The position numbers and the translations under genes were made by a program. Under the pieces are notes generated by a model. It ran no database searches, was not told the DNA's origin, and worked only from the letters and a program-made list of their open reading frames with translations. Shown here piece after piece: positions 63,588-64,000 of a stretch of DNA of 64,000 nt. The DNA is taken from the NCBI GenBank assembly GCA_038087875.1, contig JAXLNO010000186.1:1-64000 (forward strand), read 5' to 3'. Positions within the stretch are counted from its first letter, which is position 1. Every line of letters starts with the position of its first letter. This DNA is from Malacoraja senta (lineage: Eukaryota).

Positions 63588-64000
63588 ATAGAAACATTGA
63601 AAATAGGTGCAGGAGTAGGCCACTCTGCCCTTGCAGCCAGAACAGCCATTCAATATCATGATGGCTGATCATCCAGAATCATAACCTTGTTCCTGCTTTC
63701 TCCCCATATCCCTTGATTCCGTTAGCCCTAAGTGGTATATCTAACTCTCTTGAATACATCCGTTGAATTGGCCTCCACTGCCATCTGTGGCTGAGAATTC
63801 CGCATATTCACAACTCTCTGGGTGAAAAAGTTTTTCCTCATCTCAGTCCTAGATGGCCTACCCCTTATTCTTAAACTGTGATCCATGTTTCTGGACTCAC
63901 CCAACATGGGGAATATTTTTCCTGCATCTAGCATGTCCAATCCCTTAAACATGTTATGTTTCTATAAGATCCTCTCTTATCCTTCTAAATTCCAGTAAAT
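63588..64000 (-). mobile_element. CR1 3' end, runs off the window
   Basis: KGLDMLDAGKIFPMLGESR...FFTQRVVN plus tail. Confidence 0.85.

Overview
Eukaryotic, repeat-dense genomic DNA. The SINE, CR1, Rex1 and Penelope repeats and the GPR139-like receptor suggest a cartilaginous fish, probably a skate or ray (inference). There is no prokaryotic content and no CRISPR array. The main host locus is a minus-strand, spliced ZSWIM3-like gene derived from a MULE transposase (about 29.3-56.3 kb). It has an N-terminal WRKY/FAR1-like Zn motif, an RNase-H-like core lacking the catalytic acidic residues, and a SWIM finger. As assembled it carries three lesions: a 63-bp fold-back palindrome that frameshifts coding exon 1, a recent 3 x 3.8 kb tandem triplication that triplicates coding exon 2, and a frame break in exon 3. 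A CpG-island promoter lies at about 56.1-56.5 kb, and a probable divergent plus-strand gene starts at about 58.0 kb. Also present: a GPR139-like GPCR pseudogene split by a CR1 insertion, many CR1 LINE pieces (one with an intact 565-aa RT ORF), two Rex1/Babar LINEs, a chromodomain Gypsy remnant, Penelope pieces whose termini carry minimal hammerhead-ribozyme-like motifs, many HE1/V-SINE-like SINEs, a clean non-autonomous hAT element, an Academ-like TIR element and several minisatellites. All family assignments come from motif recognition, not database searches.
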